A stretch of 64,000 bases of DNA from an uncultured Candidatus Actinomarina sp. (lineage in GTDB: Bacteria; Actinomycetota; Acidimicrobiia; Actinomarinales; Actinomarinaceae): contig CACHJT010000003.1 of NCBI GenBank assembly GCA_902580215.1, positions 24,521 through 88,520 of the forward strand, read 5' to 3'. A program made the translations under genes and the position numbers. A model generated the notes under the pieces. It had not been told where the DNA came from and made no database searches. It saw nothing but the letters and a program-made list of their open reading frames with translations. Within the stretch, counting starts at the first letter, position 1; every line of letters begins with the position of its first letter. Of this stretch, positions 56,492 to 64,000 are shown in pieces.

Positions 56492-57577
56492 ATAAGTTAA
56501 ATATTTTCAAAAAAAGACTGGCTTCGGCTATGGAGTATCTTTGACTTTGAAAACAAGTCTAAAAAGTTAAATGAACTGAATGCACAAATTAACGACAAGA
56601 ATTTTTGGGACAATCCACAAGTTGCGCAAAAAGTTTCAATAGAAGCCTCTGAAATAGAAAAATTAATTTCTTCTCTTAGTGATTTAGAAAAAGATATTAC
56701 AGAATTTGAAGAGCTAGTAAAGCTAACCGCAGAAGAAGATATTGATGAAGGTGAATACTCTAATGAATTAATAGCCATTGAAAATGGTATTGAAGAAATA
56801 GAAAATGAAGCTCTATATTTTGGTGAATATGATGATTTAAATGCTGTTATCACTATCAATGCTGGTGCAGGTGGAGTTGATGCACATGATTGGGCAGAGA
56901 TGTTACTTAGGATGTATACAAGATTTTTATCTAATGAAGATATGAAATATCAAATTGAAGAAATCTCTCAAGGTGAGGAAGCTGGAATAAAATCAGCATC
57001 TATAAGAGTCGATGCTTATCGTGCCTATGCAACTCTAGAAAGTGAAAGAGGAGTTCATAGATTAGTAAGAATAAGCCCTTTTGATAGTAATAAAAGAAGA
57101 CATACAAGTTTCGCAGGTGTAGATGTTGTTCCTTTAATAGAAGATAGTGAAGAGATACATATTCAAGAGGATGAGATAAGGGTAGATGTTTATAGATCTT
57201 CAGGTGCGGGTGGTCAACACGTAAATACTACGGATTCAGCTGTTCGGATAACCCATTTAGAATCTGGAATTGTAGTTGCTTGCCAGGCAGAAAGATCACA
57301 ATTACAAAATAAAAATAGAGCACTTGAGCTATTAAAAACAAAATTAATTCTTAAGCAAAAAGAAGAAGAACTTCTTAAGATTAATGATATAAGAGGTGAT
57401 CAACATGAAGCAGGTTGGGGTAGGCAGATTCGATCATATGTATTGCAACCCTATCAACAAGTTAAGGATTCAAGAAGCAACACAGAAGTTGGCAATGTTG
57501 TTAATGTTCTTGATGGAGATATTTCCTTATTTATCAAAGATTATCTAAAATGGCGTAGACAGGGAATAAATGATTAA
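56473..57577 (+). CDS. prfB: Peptide chain release factor 2, expressed through a programmed +1 frameshift: join(56473..56541,56543..57577)
   Basis: The frame from ATG 56473 gives MYKEVLNKLNIFKKRLASAMEYL and then TGA at 56542. The +1 frame continues DFENKSKKLNELN...DWAEMLLRMYTRF into the track ORF at 56900. SPF and GGQ motifs are present, and the product totals 367 aa. Confidence 0.9.
56532..56545 (+). promoter_or_regulatory. prfB autoregulatory +1 frameshift site
   Basis: GGAG TAT CTT TGA C: an internal SD-like GGAG lies 3 nt upstream of the slippery CTT, followed by an in-frame TGA and then C. This is the same layout as the E. coli prfB site. Confidence 0.85.
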
Positions 57578-58253
57578 TTTAAAGAACGTTTCATTAGTTT
57601 TTCAAGGCGGAAGTGTAGCTATATCCAATATTTCAACAAAAATAGAGGATGGGGAATTTGTATATTTAGTTGGACACTCCGGTAGTGGAAAATCATCATT
57701 TTTAAAGCTGTTATATAAAGAATATATTGCAACAAAGGGTGAAATAGAAGTGGCAAATATAGATGTTTCAAAATTACCCAAATGGAAAATACCCTTACTT
57801 AGAAGAAAAATAGGGATTGTTACACAAGAGCCACAATTGCTAGAAAATAGAAATACCTCAGAAAATATAGCCTTTGCATTAGAGGTAATGGGAAGCCTGC
57901 CAGAAGAAATAGAGGCAAAAACAAATACACTTTTAGATTTAGTAGAGCTTAATGAAAATGCATACAAGTACCCTGGGCAATTATCTGGTGGAGAGGCAAC
58001 AAGAGTCAGTATTGCAAGAGCACTAGCAAATAATCCAGTTGTTCTATTATGTGACGAACCTACAGGTAATTTAGATCCAGATCTTAGTATTCAGATAGTT
58101 TCTTTATTAGAAAAGATTAACAGAGCAGGCACAACAGTAATTATGGCTACACATGATTCCTCAATTGTTAATAGAAGAAAGAAGAGAGTAATAGAACTTA
58201 ATGATGGAAAAATTACTCGAGATGAAGTAGATGGAAGCTATATAGTAAGGTAA
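57570..58253 (+). CDS. ftsE: Cell-division ABC ATPase FtsE
   Basis: GHSGSGKSS, LSGGEATRV and LLCDEPTGNLD; 227 aa. It overlaps the prfB stop by 8 nt and is followed by ftsX. Confidence 0.9.
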   Translation: MINLKNVSLVFQGGSVAISNISTKIEDGEFVYLVGHSGSGKSSFLKLLYKEYIATKGEIEVANIDVSKLPKWKIPLLRRKIGIVTQEPQLLENRNTSENIAFALEVMGSLPEEIEAKTNTLLDLVELNENAYKYPGQLSGGEATRVSIARALANNPVVLLCDEPTGNLDPDLSIQIVSLLEKINRAGTTVIMATHDSSIVNRRKKRVIELNDGKITRDEVDGSYIVR

Positions 58254-58255
58254 TC

Positions 58256-59131
58256 ATGGGTAAATTTTCATACGTCATAAAAAACACAATATTAAACATG
58301 AGAAGAACCCCTCTTTTAGTATTTGCAACAATTATTGCTGTTCTAGTATCTAGCTTTCTAGTATTTACTACACTATCAGCGCGTTCTATTGTACAAAATA
58401 ACACACTGCGTTGGCAGAATGGTGTTCATGTTGTTGTGTTTCTTGATGATAGAGTTACAACTACTGCTCACAAACAACTTGAAGAATCTCTTGAAAGTTA
58501 TCCTGAAGTAAGAACTGTTGAATACTTTTCAAAATCTGAAGCTGAAGAAGAGTTTAAAACCTTATTTAGCGATCAGCCAGAACTTCTTGCGGAAGTTGAT
58601 TATGAAATCCTACCCTCCTCTTTAAGAATTAATTTAAATAATCCATCTGATTACACATTGATTATTGATAGACTCGACGGAAATCCAGCAGTTAAAGAGA
58701 TTAGAACATCTGGTGAAGCTATCGAAAGGCTACTTAGCTTAACAGATACTTTGGTAATTTCAGCTTCTGCCTTTGCTTTATTAATTGGATTTGCTGCTTT
58801 TATATTAATTATCAATACATTACGACTTGCTGCATATTCAAAGAAAAAAGAAATTAAAATAATGAGACTCATTGGTGCTTCATCAACATATATAAGGCTC
58901 CCATTTATTTTTGAAGCAGTAATTGAGTCATTGATTGGAACAAGCATAGCAGTTGGATTTGGGTGGGCTGTAATTGAATACTCCAAAAATTCAATAGTTG
59001 CTGAAAGTATTTTTGATATTAATATTTCTGATGATTACTTAATCTTTTTAACTTTGTCTTTACTCATGTTTTCACTAGTTTTTGGATTGTTTGCATCGTT
59101 TGTTGGAATAAGAAAAGCGTTAAATGATTAA
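58256..59131 (+). CDS. ftsX: Cell-division permease-like protein FtsX
   Basis: 291 aa with an N-terminal TM segment, an extracellular domain, then three C-terminal TM segments (FtsX topology). It directly follows ftsE. Confidence 0.85.
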   Translation: MGKFSYVIKNTILNMRRTPLLVFATIIAVLVSSFLVFTTLSARSIVQNNTLRWQNGVHVVVFLDDRVTTTAHKQLEESLESYPEVRTVEYFSKSEAEEEFKTLFSDQPELLAEVDYEILPSSLRINLNNPSDYTLIIDRLDGNPAVKEIRTSGEAIERLLSLTDTLVISASAFALLIGFAAFILIINTLRLAAYSKKKEIKIMRLIGASSTYIRLPFIFEAVIESLIGTSIAVGFGWAVIEYSKNSIVAESIFDINISDDYLIFLTLSLLMFSLVFGLFASFVGIRKALND

Positions 59132-60497
59132 AAAAATAACTATATTTTTCACGATTATTTTTTTCATAACATCTTTTTTGTTGCCCAGTAATTTAAGTGC
59201 CATTACTGCTGAAGATAGATTAATTGAGGTCGAAAGACAACTTCAAGCAATTGCTGAACAAATTAGCAAATATGAAGGTGAAAGAACTGATCTTGAGAAA
59301 GCAATTTTAGCAAATGACAAAGACCTTGCCCAAGTAAATAGTGAATTAGCTGAGGTGCAGAGTAGATTAGTAGCTGTTGAGAAGGAATTAAATAAAGCTC
59401 TAGAAAACTACGACTTTGCTTTAAATGATCTTGCAGCAGTACAAGAGACTATTGTTCAAGAGCAAATAAAATTAGGAAAAATAAAAAATGAAATCTCCGA
59501 TGTTTCTGACGAATTGTTTGAAACTCAAAAAAGTCTTGTTCTTGCTGATGAAAAACTTCAAGAACAAGCAGTAAGCCTTTACATAAATGGTGTTATGAGT
59601 CCCACAACTGCGCTATTTATTGAACTAAATGAACTCTCAAATTTTTTAGTTGCATTAGGATATGCATCTACAATAGTTGATTCCGCCTATGCAATAATCG
59701 AACAATTAAATGCGCTAGGAACTCTTGCAACAAGTCAAACAGAATTTTTGTCTACCCGTGAAGATGAACGTGTTGAAATTGTTACAAACTTACAAAATGA
59801 AGAAGAAAGAAAAAACGAAATCTCTATTGAAGCTGAGGAATTTGCAGATGAAATTGAAGAGAAAAAGGAAGCAGTTGAACGCGAAAAGAGATTGGTAGAA
59901 TCTAAAAAAGCACAAGTTTTGAGGGCCAGAAAAGACGCTCAAAACTTGCTTAACCAAGCTAATAAAGAACTTGAAAAATTAGATAAAGAACATGCTGATT
60001 TAGAAAAACTTGAAGATGCCATCCAAGCTGATATTGAAAGATTAAGTAGTTCTGGCGGTGTTGCCCCCGATAAACTTTCCTGGCCAGTCAGAACAGGCTA
60101 TGTTTCTAGTGGTTACAAATGGAGAAGACTAGGTGGCACTACAAGTTTTCATGGTGCAATTGATATTGCCGCTTCTAGAGGTACACCAATTTATGCTGCA
60201 GGTGGTGGGGTAGTTATACTTGCAAGATACTACGGCAATGCAGGAAGAACTGTATTTATTGATCATGGTGGAGGAATGACAACTTTATATTTTCATATGG
60301 ACAAAATTTTAGTAGATGTTGGCCAGACTGTAATAACTGGAGATCAGATTGGCACTATTGGTACAACTGGTAGAACTACAGGACCACATGTTCATTTTGA
60401 AACAAGATTAAGAAACCCTAGTGCAGCAAATTGTTCTTTGCCTTATTTAGACCCAACTTCTCGTGGTAGAGTCAACCCATACTGTTTTCTAGATTGA
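59124..60497 (+). CDS. Coiled-coil M23 (LytM) peptidoglycan endopeptidase, likely FtsEX partner (EnvC/PcsB/RipC-like architecture)
   Basis: Signal or anchor segment, a ~270-aa heptad-rich Glu/Lys/Leu/Gln region, then an M23 domain with HGAIDI (HxxxD) and GPHVHFE (HxH). Confidence 0.85.
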   Translation: MIKKITIFFTIIFFITSFLLPSNLSAITAEDRLIEVERQLQAIAEQISKYEGERTDLEKAILANDKDLAQVNSELAEVQSRLVAVEKELNKALENYDFALNDLAAVQETIVQEQIKLGKIKNEISDVSDELFETQKSLVLADEKLQEQAVSLYINGVMSPTTALFIELNELSNFLVALGYASTIVDSAYAIIEQLNALGTLATSQTEFLSTREDERVEIVTNLQNEEERKNEISIEAEEFADEIEEKKEAVEREKRLVESKKAQVLRARKDAQNLLNQANKELEKLDKEHADLEKLEDAIQADIERLSSSGGVAPDKLSWPVRTGYVSSGYKWRRLGGTTSFHGAIDIAASRGTPIYAAGGGVVILARYYGNAGRTVFIDHGGGMTTLYFHMDKILVDVGQTVITGDQIGTIGTTGRTTGPHVHFETRLRNPSAANCSLPYLDPTSRGRVNPYCFLD

Positions 60498-60928
60498 TGA
60501 AAGTATTTGCTGAAAATCGCAAAGCACGCAATTCTTATGAGTTTTTAGATTTCTATGAAGCTGGAGTAGTTCTTTCTGGACCAGAAACAAAAAGTGTCAG
60601 AAGTGGCGGTGTTTCAATAGTTGATGCTTTTGCAATCATTGATAAAGAAGAGGCATATATCATGGAAATGAATATCGAGCCATATAAATATTCCGATAAT
60701 ACAGATTATATTCCAAAGTCTCAAAGGAAACTTCTTTTACATAAAGGTGAGATTAAAAAACTTATAGGACTTTTGTCTCAAAAGGGATATACGTTAATTG
60801 CAAATAAGGTATTTGAAAAAAATGGATATATTAAAATCGAATTAGGTTTAGCTAAAGGTAAAAAAGATTATGACAAAAGAAAGAAAATTCTAAATAAAGA
60901 ACACGCAAAAGAAATTAAGAACTATTAA
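60497..60928 (+). CDS. smpB: SsrA-binding protein SmpB
   Basis: SmpB blocks NRKARNSYEF, GVVLSGPETKS and LLLHKGEIKKL. ATG 60497 shares one base with the upstream TGA; the track start at 60494 is a TTG. Confidence 0.9.
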   Translation: MKVFAENRKARNSYEFLDFYEAGVVLSGPETKSVRSGGVSIVDAFAIIDKEEAYIMEMNIEPYKYSDNTDYIPKSQRKLLLHKGEIKKLIGLLSQKGYTLIANKVFEKNGYIKIELGLAKGKKDYDKRKKILNKEHAKEIKNY

Positions 60929-62444
60929 ATGCTTTTTCTGTACCAACTCTGATGTCTGGTACTCCAACAAATTTTTCATCAGAATTCTTATAAATAGTTG
61001 AAATTGGACCGTATCCACCCATAAGTTTGTTTTCGATTGTAATTTTATGTCCTTTATCTTCTAAAAAGGATATTTCAGGTTCATTTAAGAATTCAAACTT
61101 AATATTTGAAGAAGTATTAGATCCAAAATACTCTATCGTCCATCGAGGTTTTTCCATAATCTCCTCAAAACTACTTTCTCCAAGAATATAAGGAAGTATA
61201 GTTTGAGCAAGTAACTGAGGTTGATGTCGCCCTCCTCTAGTTCCAGTAATAAAATCTAAGGAACCATCTTTAGACCATATTGTTGGGGATAAAGTATGTA
61301 ATGGTTTTTTGTTAGGACCTAAGCAATTTGGATGGCCTTTTATTAAATTGAATCCACACCCTCTGTTGTGTAGAAAAAAACCAAAATTTCCAACCCCAAT
61401 TCGGCTGCCAATACCATAGAAGTTTGATTGAATTAATGAAATACCTAAACCATTTTCATCAACTGCATTCATGTAAGCAGTACCTCCTCCATGAGGCTTT
61501 GGAAAAATATATTTTCCGGCAGCATTCTTGTCAAAAAGACTTACTTTATCACTTATATATTCACCATCATTACCTAAAAAGTTTTGATCATTTCCTTGAT
61601 AATCAAAAGTAATATTGTCCCTGTCAGATGCAAAAATTCTATAAGACTCAATTAATGGATGAAGATATTCCTCTTTATTATTGATCATTTCAAAACCTTT
61701 TAAAGTGCTTAATGTTAAGTATCCCTGTGTACTCGGAGGACTAGTCCAACCATCGTATCCATAAATTTTTTGATGTAACGGTTCTCTCCAGGTAGCTTTA
61801 TAGTTTGATAAGTCTTCTTTAGTGAGAAATTCGTTTACAGAATTAGATATCTCTTTGGCAATTTCACCGTTATAAAAATATTCAAGCCCATTTTCTTTTA
61901 ATAACTCAAGAGTCTTTCCTAGTTGAGGGCGTCTAATTAATGTATCAATGCTATAGGGTTGACTATCTCTATAGAATGAATACCCTGATTTTTGTCCACT
62001 TAATTCTTCACTATGGATATTTAGAGAAATAAATAACTCTTTACTTATTCTGAACCCTTCATGACAGAGGTTTATACCAATATCTAAAATATCTTCAATA
62101 GGAATATTTCCATACTTATTACTTAACTCCCTCCAACCTGCAACAGCACCTGGGACAGTTACTGACAGAGGATGGTTTAAAGGGATACTTTCATAATTTG
62201 AAAGCAATCCTTGGTGAACATTGCTACCTGAATAACCAGATGCATCGAGAAATTCTGGCTTATTTTTACCAGGGACCCAAACAAGTGCAAATAAATCTCC
62301 TCCGATACCACAAGTCTCTGGAGCAACTATTCCTTGGATGAGATTTGTCAATATCGCTGCATCTACAGCATTTCCACCTTTGTTAAAAATTGTTGAACCA
62401 AGTTCTGTTGATAAGTAGTGTGGAGAAACAATTACATTGTTCAT
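60915..62444 (-). CDS. ggt: Gamma-glutamyltranspeptidase family protein
   Basis: GGT-like sequence with a probable autoprocessing Thr in HGGGTAYMNAVDENG and the downstream TLSPTIW. I set the start at ATG 62444 (MNNVIVSPHY); the track start is a GTG. Confidence 0.8.
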   Translation of the reverse strand: MNNVIVSPHYLSTELGSTIFNKGGNAVDAAILTNLIQGIVAPETCGIGGDLFALVWVPGKNKPEFLDASGYSGSNVHQGLLSNYESIPLNHPLSVTVPGAVAGWRELSNKYGNIPIEDILDIGINLCHEGFRISKELFISLNIHSEELSGQKSGYSFYRDSQPYSIDTLIRRPQLGKTLELLKENGLEYFYNGEIAKEISNSVNEFLTKEDLSNYKATWREPLHQKIYGYDGWTSPPSTQGYLTLSTLKGFEMINNKEEYLHPLIESYRIFASDRDNITFDYQGNDQNFLGNDGEYISDKVSLFDKNAAGKYIFPKPHGGGTAYMNAVDENGLGISLIQSNFYGIGSRIGVGNFGFFLHNRGCGFNLIKGHPNCLGPNKKPLHTLSPTIWSKDGSLDFITGTRGGRHQPQLLAQTILPYILGESSFEEIMEKPRWTIEYFGSNTSSNIKFEFLNEPEISFLEDKGHKITIENKLMGGYGPISTIYKNSDEKFVGVPDIRVGTEKAFNSS

Positions 62445-62542
62445 GTGTTCAATTATAAAGAAAAATTTTAATTTATTTATCACAGAAAGTTACTTGTATA
62501 AATCCAATGGTTATAAAATAAATAAGCAATTAAGGAGATAAA

Positions 62543-62851
62543 ATGAAAGATATAAATGCGCAAGAATATAACGAATTGTTAAATTCTGAAGCACCAGTTG
62601 TAATTGATTTTCATGCTACCTGGTGTGGTCCTTGTAAAGTTTTAAGCCCAATTTTAGAAGAACTTTCAAGTGAAGTTGAGGGAGTAGAGTTTGTAAAGCT
62701 TGATGTTGACCAGCATCCAGAAATTGCTGGAGCAAATGGTGTTATGGGTGTGCCTACAGTTGTAATGCTTAAAGGCGGAGAAGTTAAAGAGAGATTCGTT
62801 GGCGTACAACCAAAAGAAGTCATAAAAGAAAAAGTTTCAGCACTAATTTAA
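62543..62851 (+). CDS. trxA: Thioredoxin
   Basis: 102 aa with WCGPC active site and GVPTVVMLKGGE. A strong AAGGAG SD lies upstream. Confidence 0.9.
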   Translation: MKDINAQEYNELLNSEAPVVIDFHATWCGPCKVLSPILEELSSEVEGVEFVKLDVDQHPEIAGANGVMGVPTVVMLKGGEVKERFVGVQPKEVIKEKVSALI

Positions 62852-62852
62852 T

Positions 62853-63113
62853 TTGCTTAAATTAATTCTTTTTTTCCAAATAGTTCTTTTAACCTTATTT
62901 CTGGGTGCTGGGTATTTCCTGTATTCAGAGTTACAAACTTTGTCTGCAGAAGTTGATAATGCTTTAGCGGTCATTGCAGATATACAATCCTTGCTACCCA
63001 AGTTAGAGGTTGCCGTTGATACAGTGATCTCACTTGAGACAGCTTTTCAAAGTTTGGCAGGATTGAGTGACATACTTACATTATTGCTAGACCCACTTCA
63101 AGGAAATTCATAA
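62853..63113 (+). CDS. Hypothetical membrane-anchored small protein
   Basis: 86 aa with a TTG start 1 nt after the trxA stop. It has an N-terminal TM helix and then a Leu/Ala/Asp/Val-rich helical region. Unlike its neighbours, it contains very few Lys or Asn. I recognise no motif. Confidence 0.4.
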   Translation: MLKLILFFQIVLLTLFLGAGYFLYSELQTLSAEVDNALAVIADIQSLLPKLEVAVDTVISLETAFQSLAGLSDILTLLLDPLQGNS

Positions 63114-63114
63114 A

Positions 63115-63363
63115 ATGAAAATAGATTTTTATACTACTGATTGGTGTGGAGACTGTGTAAGGTCTAAAGCTCTTTTGAATAAATTAAACGTTGATTTTAA
63201 TGAGATCAATGTTGATGTAAACCAAGAAGCAAACGAATATATCAAATCTTTACAAGTTAATCAAAGAAGGATACCTACTATTGTTTTTGATGATGGATCA
63301 TTTTTGGTTGAACCATCAGATATTGATCTTGAAAATAAACTAAAAGAATTAAATTACATTTAG
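63115..63363 (+). CDS. Glutaredoxin-like (NrdH/mycoredoxin-type) small thiol-disulfide oxidoreductase
   Basis: 82 aa with a CGDC (CxxC) motif after the first beta strand (FYTTDWCGDC) and RIPTIVFDDGS, a cis-Pro region typical of the thioredoxin fold. Confidence 0.7.
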   Translation: MKIDFYTTDWCGDCVRSKALLNKLNVDFNEINVDVNQEANEYIKSLQVNQRRIPTIVFDDGSFLVEPSDIDLENKLKELNYI

Positions 63364-63447
63364 TAATCTATGTTAAATCTTTGTTAATCGGTCGTAAGAT
63401 ATTTTATTTGATATAAAATAACCTTTAATTTAAATAAGTGGTTTGTA

Positions 63448-64000
63448 GTGACTGATAAAAATTTTGAATTTGAAAAGTTTATTAATGAAATACTTGATTT
63501 ATCCGGTGAAATTGCACTAAACAATTTTAGGAAAATTAGAGACCTAACGCTTAAAGGAGATTTCAGTCCTGTTACAAAGGCGGACGGAGACATTGAACAT
63601 TTTATTAGAGGTAAGATTTTAGAAAAATATCCAAGTCATAAAATTATTGGAGAAGAATTAGATGATTTTGAGGGGTCAGAAAATATCACATGGTACATTG
63701 ATCCAATTGATGGAACAAGAAGCTTTGTTGCTGGAAAGCATGACTTTGGAACTCTTATAGCCTTAGTAATTGATAATGAATTGATTGGAGGAGTAATAGA
63801 TTGTCCAGCCTTAGGAGAAAGGTGGACTTCGTTTAGTTCAAATGAAACGAAGGTAAATCAAAAAATTACGAAATGCAAAGCAGTTGACAATTTAAAAGAC
63901 GCTGTAATGGCAACGACTTCTAGTCATGAATTTGGAATGAAAAAGTGGAGAGCATATCAATCACTTGAGCAGTCTGTAAAAGTTACAACTACGGGAAGTG
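63448..64000 (+). CDS. Inositol monophosphatase family protein (SuhB/HisN/CysQ-like), 3' end outside the window
   Basis: This ORF is not in the track because it runs off the window. From GTG 63448 it reads VTDKNFEFEKF...SPVTKADGDIE...WYIDPIDGTRSF, the IMPase metal-binding motifs. It stays open to position 64000. Confidence 0.8.
   Translation, partial: MTDKNFEFEKFINEILDLSGEIALNNFRKIRDLTLKGDFSPVTKADGDIEHFIRGKILEKYPSHKIIGEELDDFEGSENITWYIDPIDGTRSFVAGKHDFGTLIALVIDNELIGGVIDCPALGERWTSFSSNETKVNQKITKCKAVDNLKDAVMATTSSHEFGMKKWRAYQSLEQSVKVTTTGS

Noticed and set aside
56497-56859. A 120-aa minus-strand ORF in the apparent gap between secA and the 56900 ORF.
   Set aside because: It lies exactly antisense to the N-terminal part of prfB once the +1 frameshift is taken into account. 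It is Ser/Ile/Phe-rich with low complexity, so it is spurious.
60900-62542. I looked for an ssrA (tmRNA) gene next to smpB, a common arrangement.
   Set aside because: The ggt coding sequence on the opposite strand overlaps the smpB stop, so no non-coding space exists there. tmRNA must be elsewhere in the genome.
1-64000. CRISPR arrays, transposases or integrases, prophage genes, toxin-antitoxin pairs, restriction-modification or other defence cassettes, and tRNA or rRNA genes.
   Set aside because: None is visible. Every ORF of appreciable size has a housekeeping or envelope assignment or is a plain membrane protein. No direct-repeat arrays or long non-coding stretches are present. A proper tRNA or ncRNA scan (tRNAscan-SE, Infernal) would be needed to be certain.

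Overview
This window is AT-rich (about one-third G+C by eye, not computed) and extremely gene-dense. I call about 60 CDS with almost no intergenic DNA. I saw no rRNA, tRNA, CRISPR array, transposase, integrase or obvious defence cassette. The content is core metabolism and cell-envelope housekeeping: two separated suf loci, fumC, rpiB, a pyrR-pyrB-pyrC-carA-carB-pyrF operon ending in two miniature genes, a BMP-family nucleoside ABC importer, an lpd-E1-E2-lipBA 2-oxoacid dehydrogenase operon, tkt, a large SpoIID-type wall enzyme, PBP1A, citrate synthase plus prpD, sugar-nucleotide genes, cofD-cofE, a GT2/GtrA/GT-C-like glycosylation trio, then PMM, SIS isomerase, ahcY, secA, prfB, ftsE, ftsX, an M23 peptidase and smpB, and finally ggt and thiol-redox genes. 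The gene order resembles Actinobacteria (E2-lipB-lipA; cofD-cofE beside mannose genes, PMM, SIS isomerase and ahcY; prfB-ftsEX-smpB). My guess is a genome-streamlined low-GC marine actinobacterium (Acidimicrobiia or Actinomarinales-like), but that is inference only. I did not find a clearly novel stand-alone system. The points most worth a second look are: a prfB +1 programmed frameshift that the ORF track misses; gene fusions (LipB-LipA, E1 alpha-beta); miniaturised pyrD-like and pyrE-like genes; an apparently permuted SpoIID enzyme with four PG-binding domains; a three-component polyprenyl-phosphate-sugar glycosylation module coupled to a small Cys-motif protein; two SufC paralogues with a detached sufC-sufS-sufE module; a large acidic insertion in PBP1A; a Lys-depleted, G+C-enriched substrate-binding protein gene; and 3' overlap of every convergent gene pair. 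Start codons are often uncertain because many are TTG or GTG.
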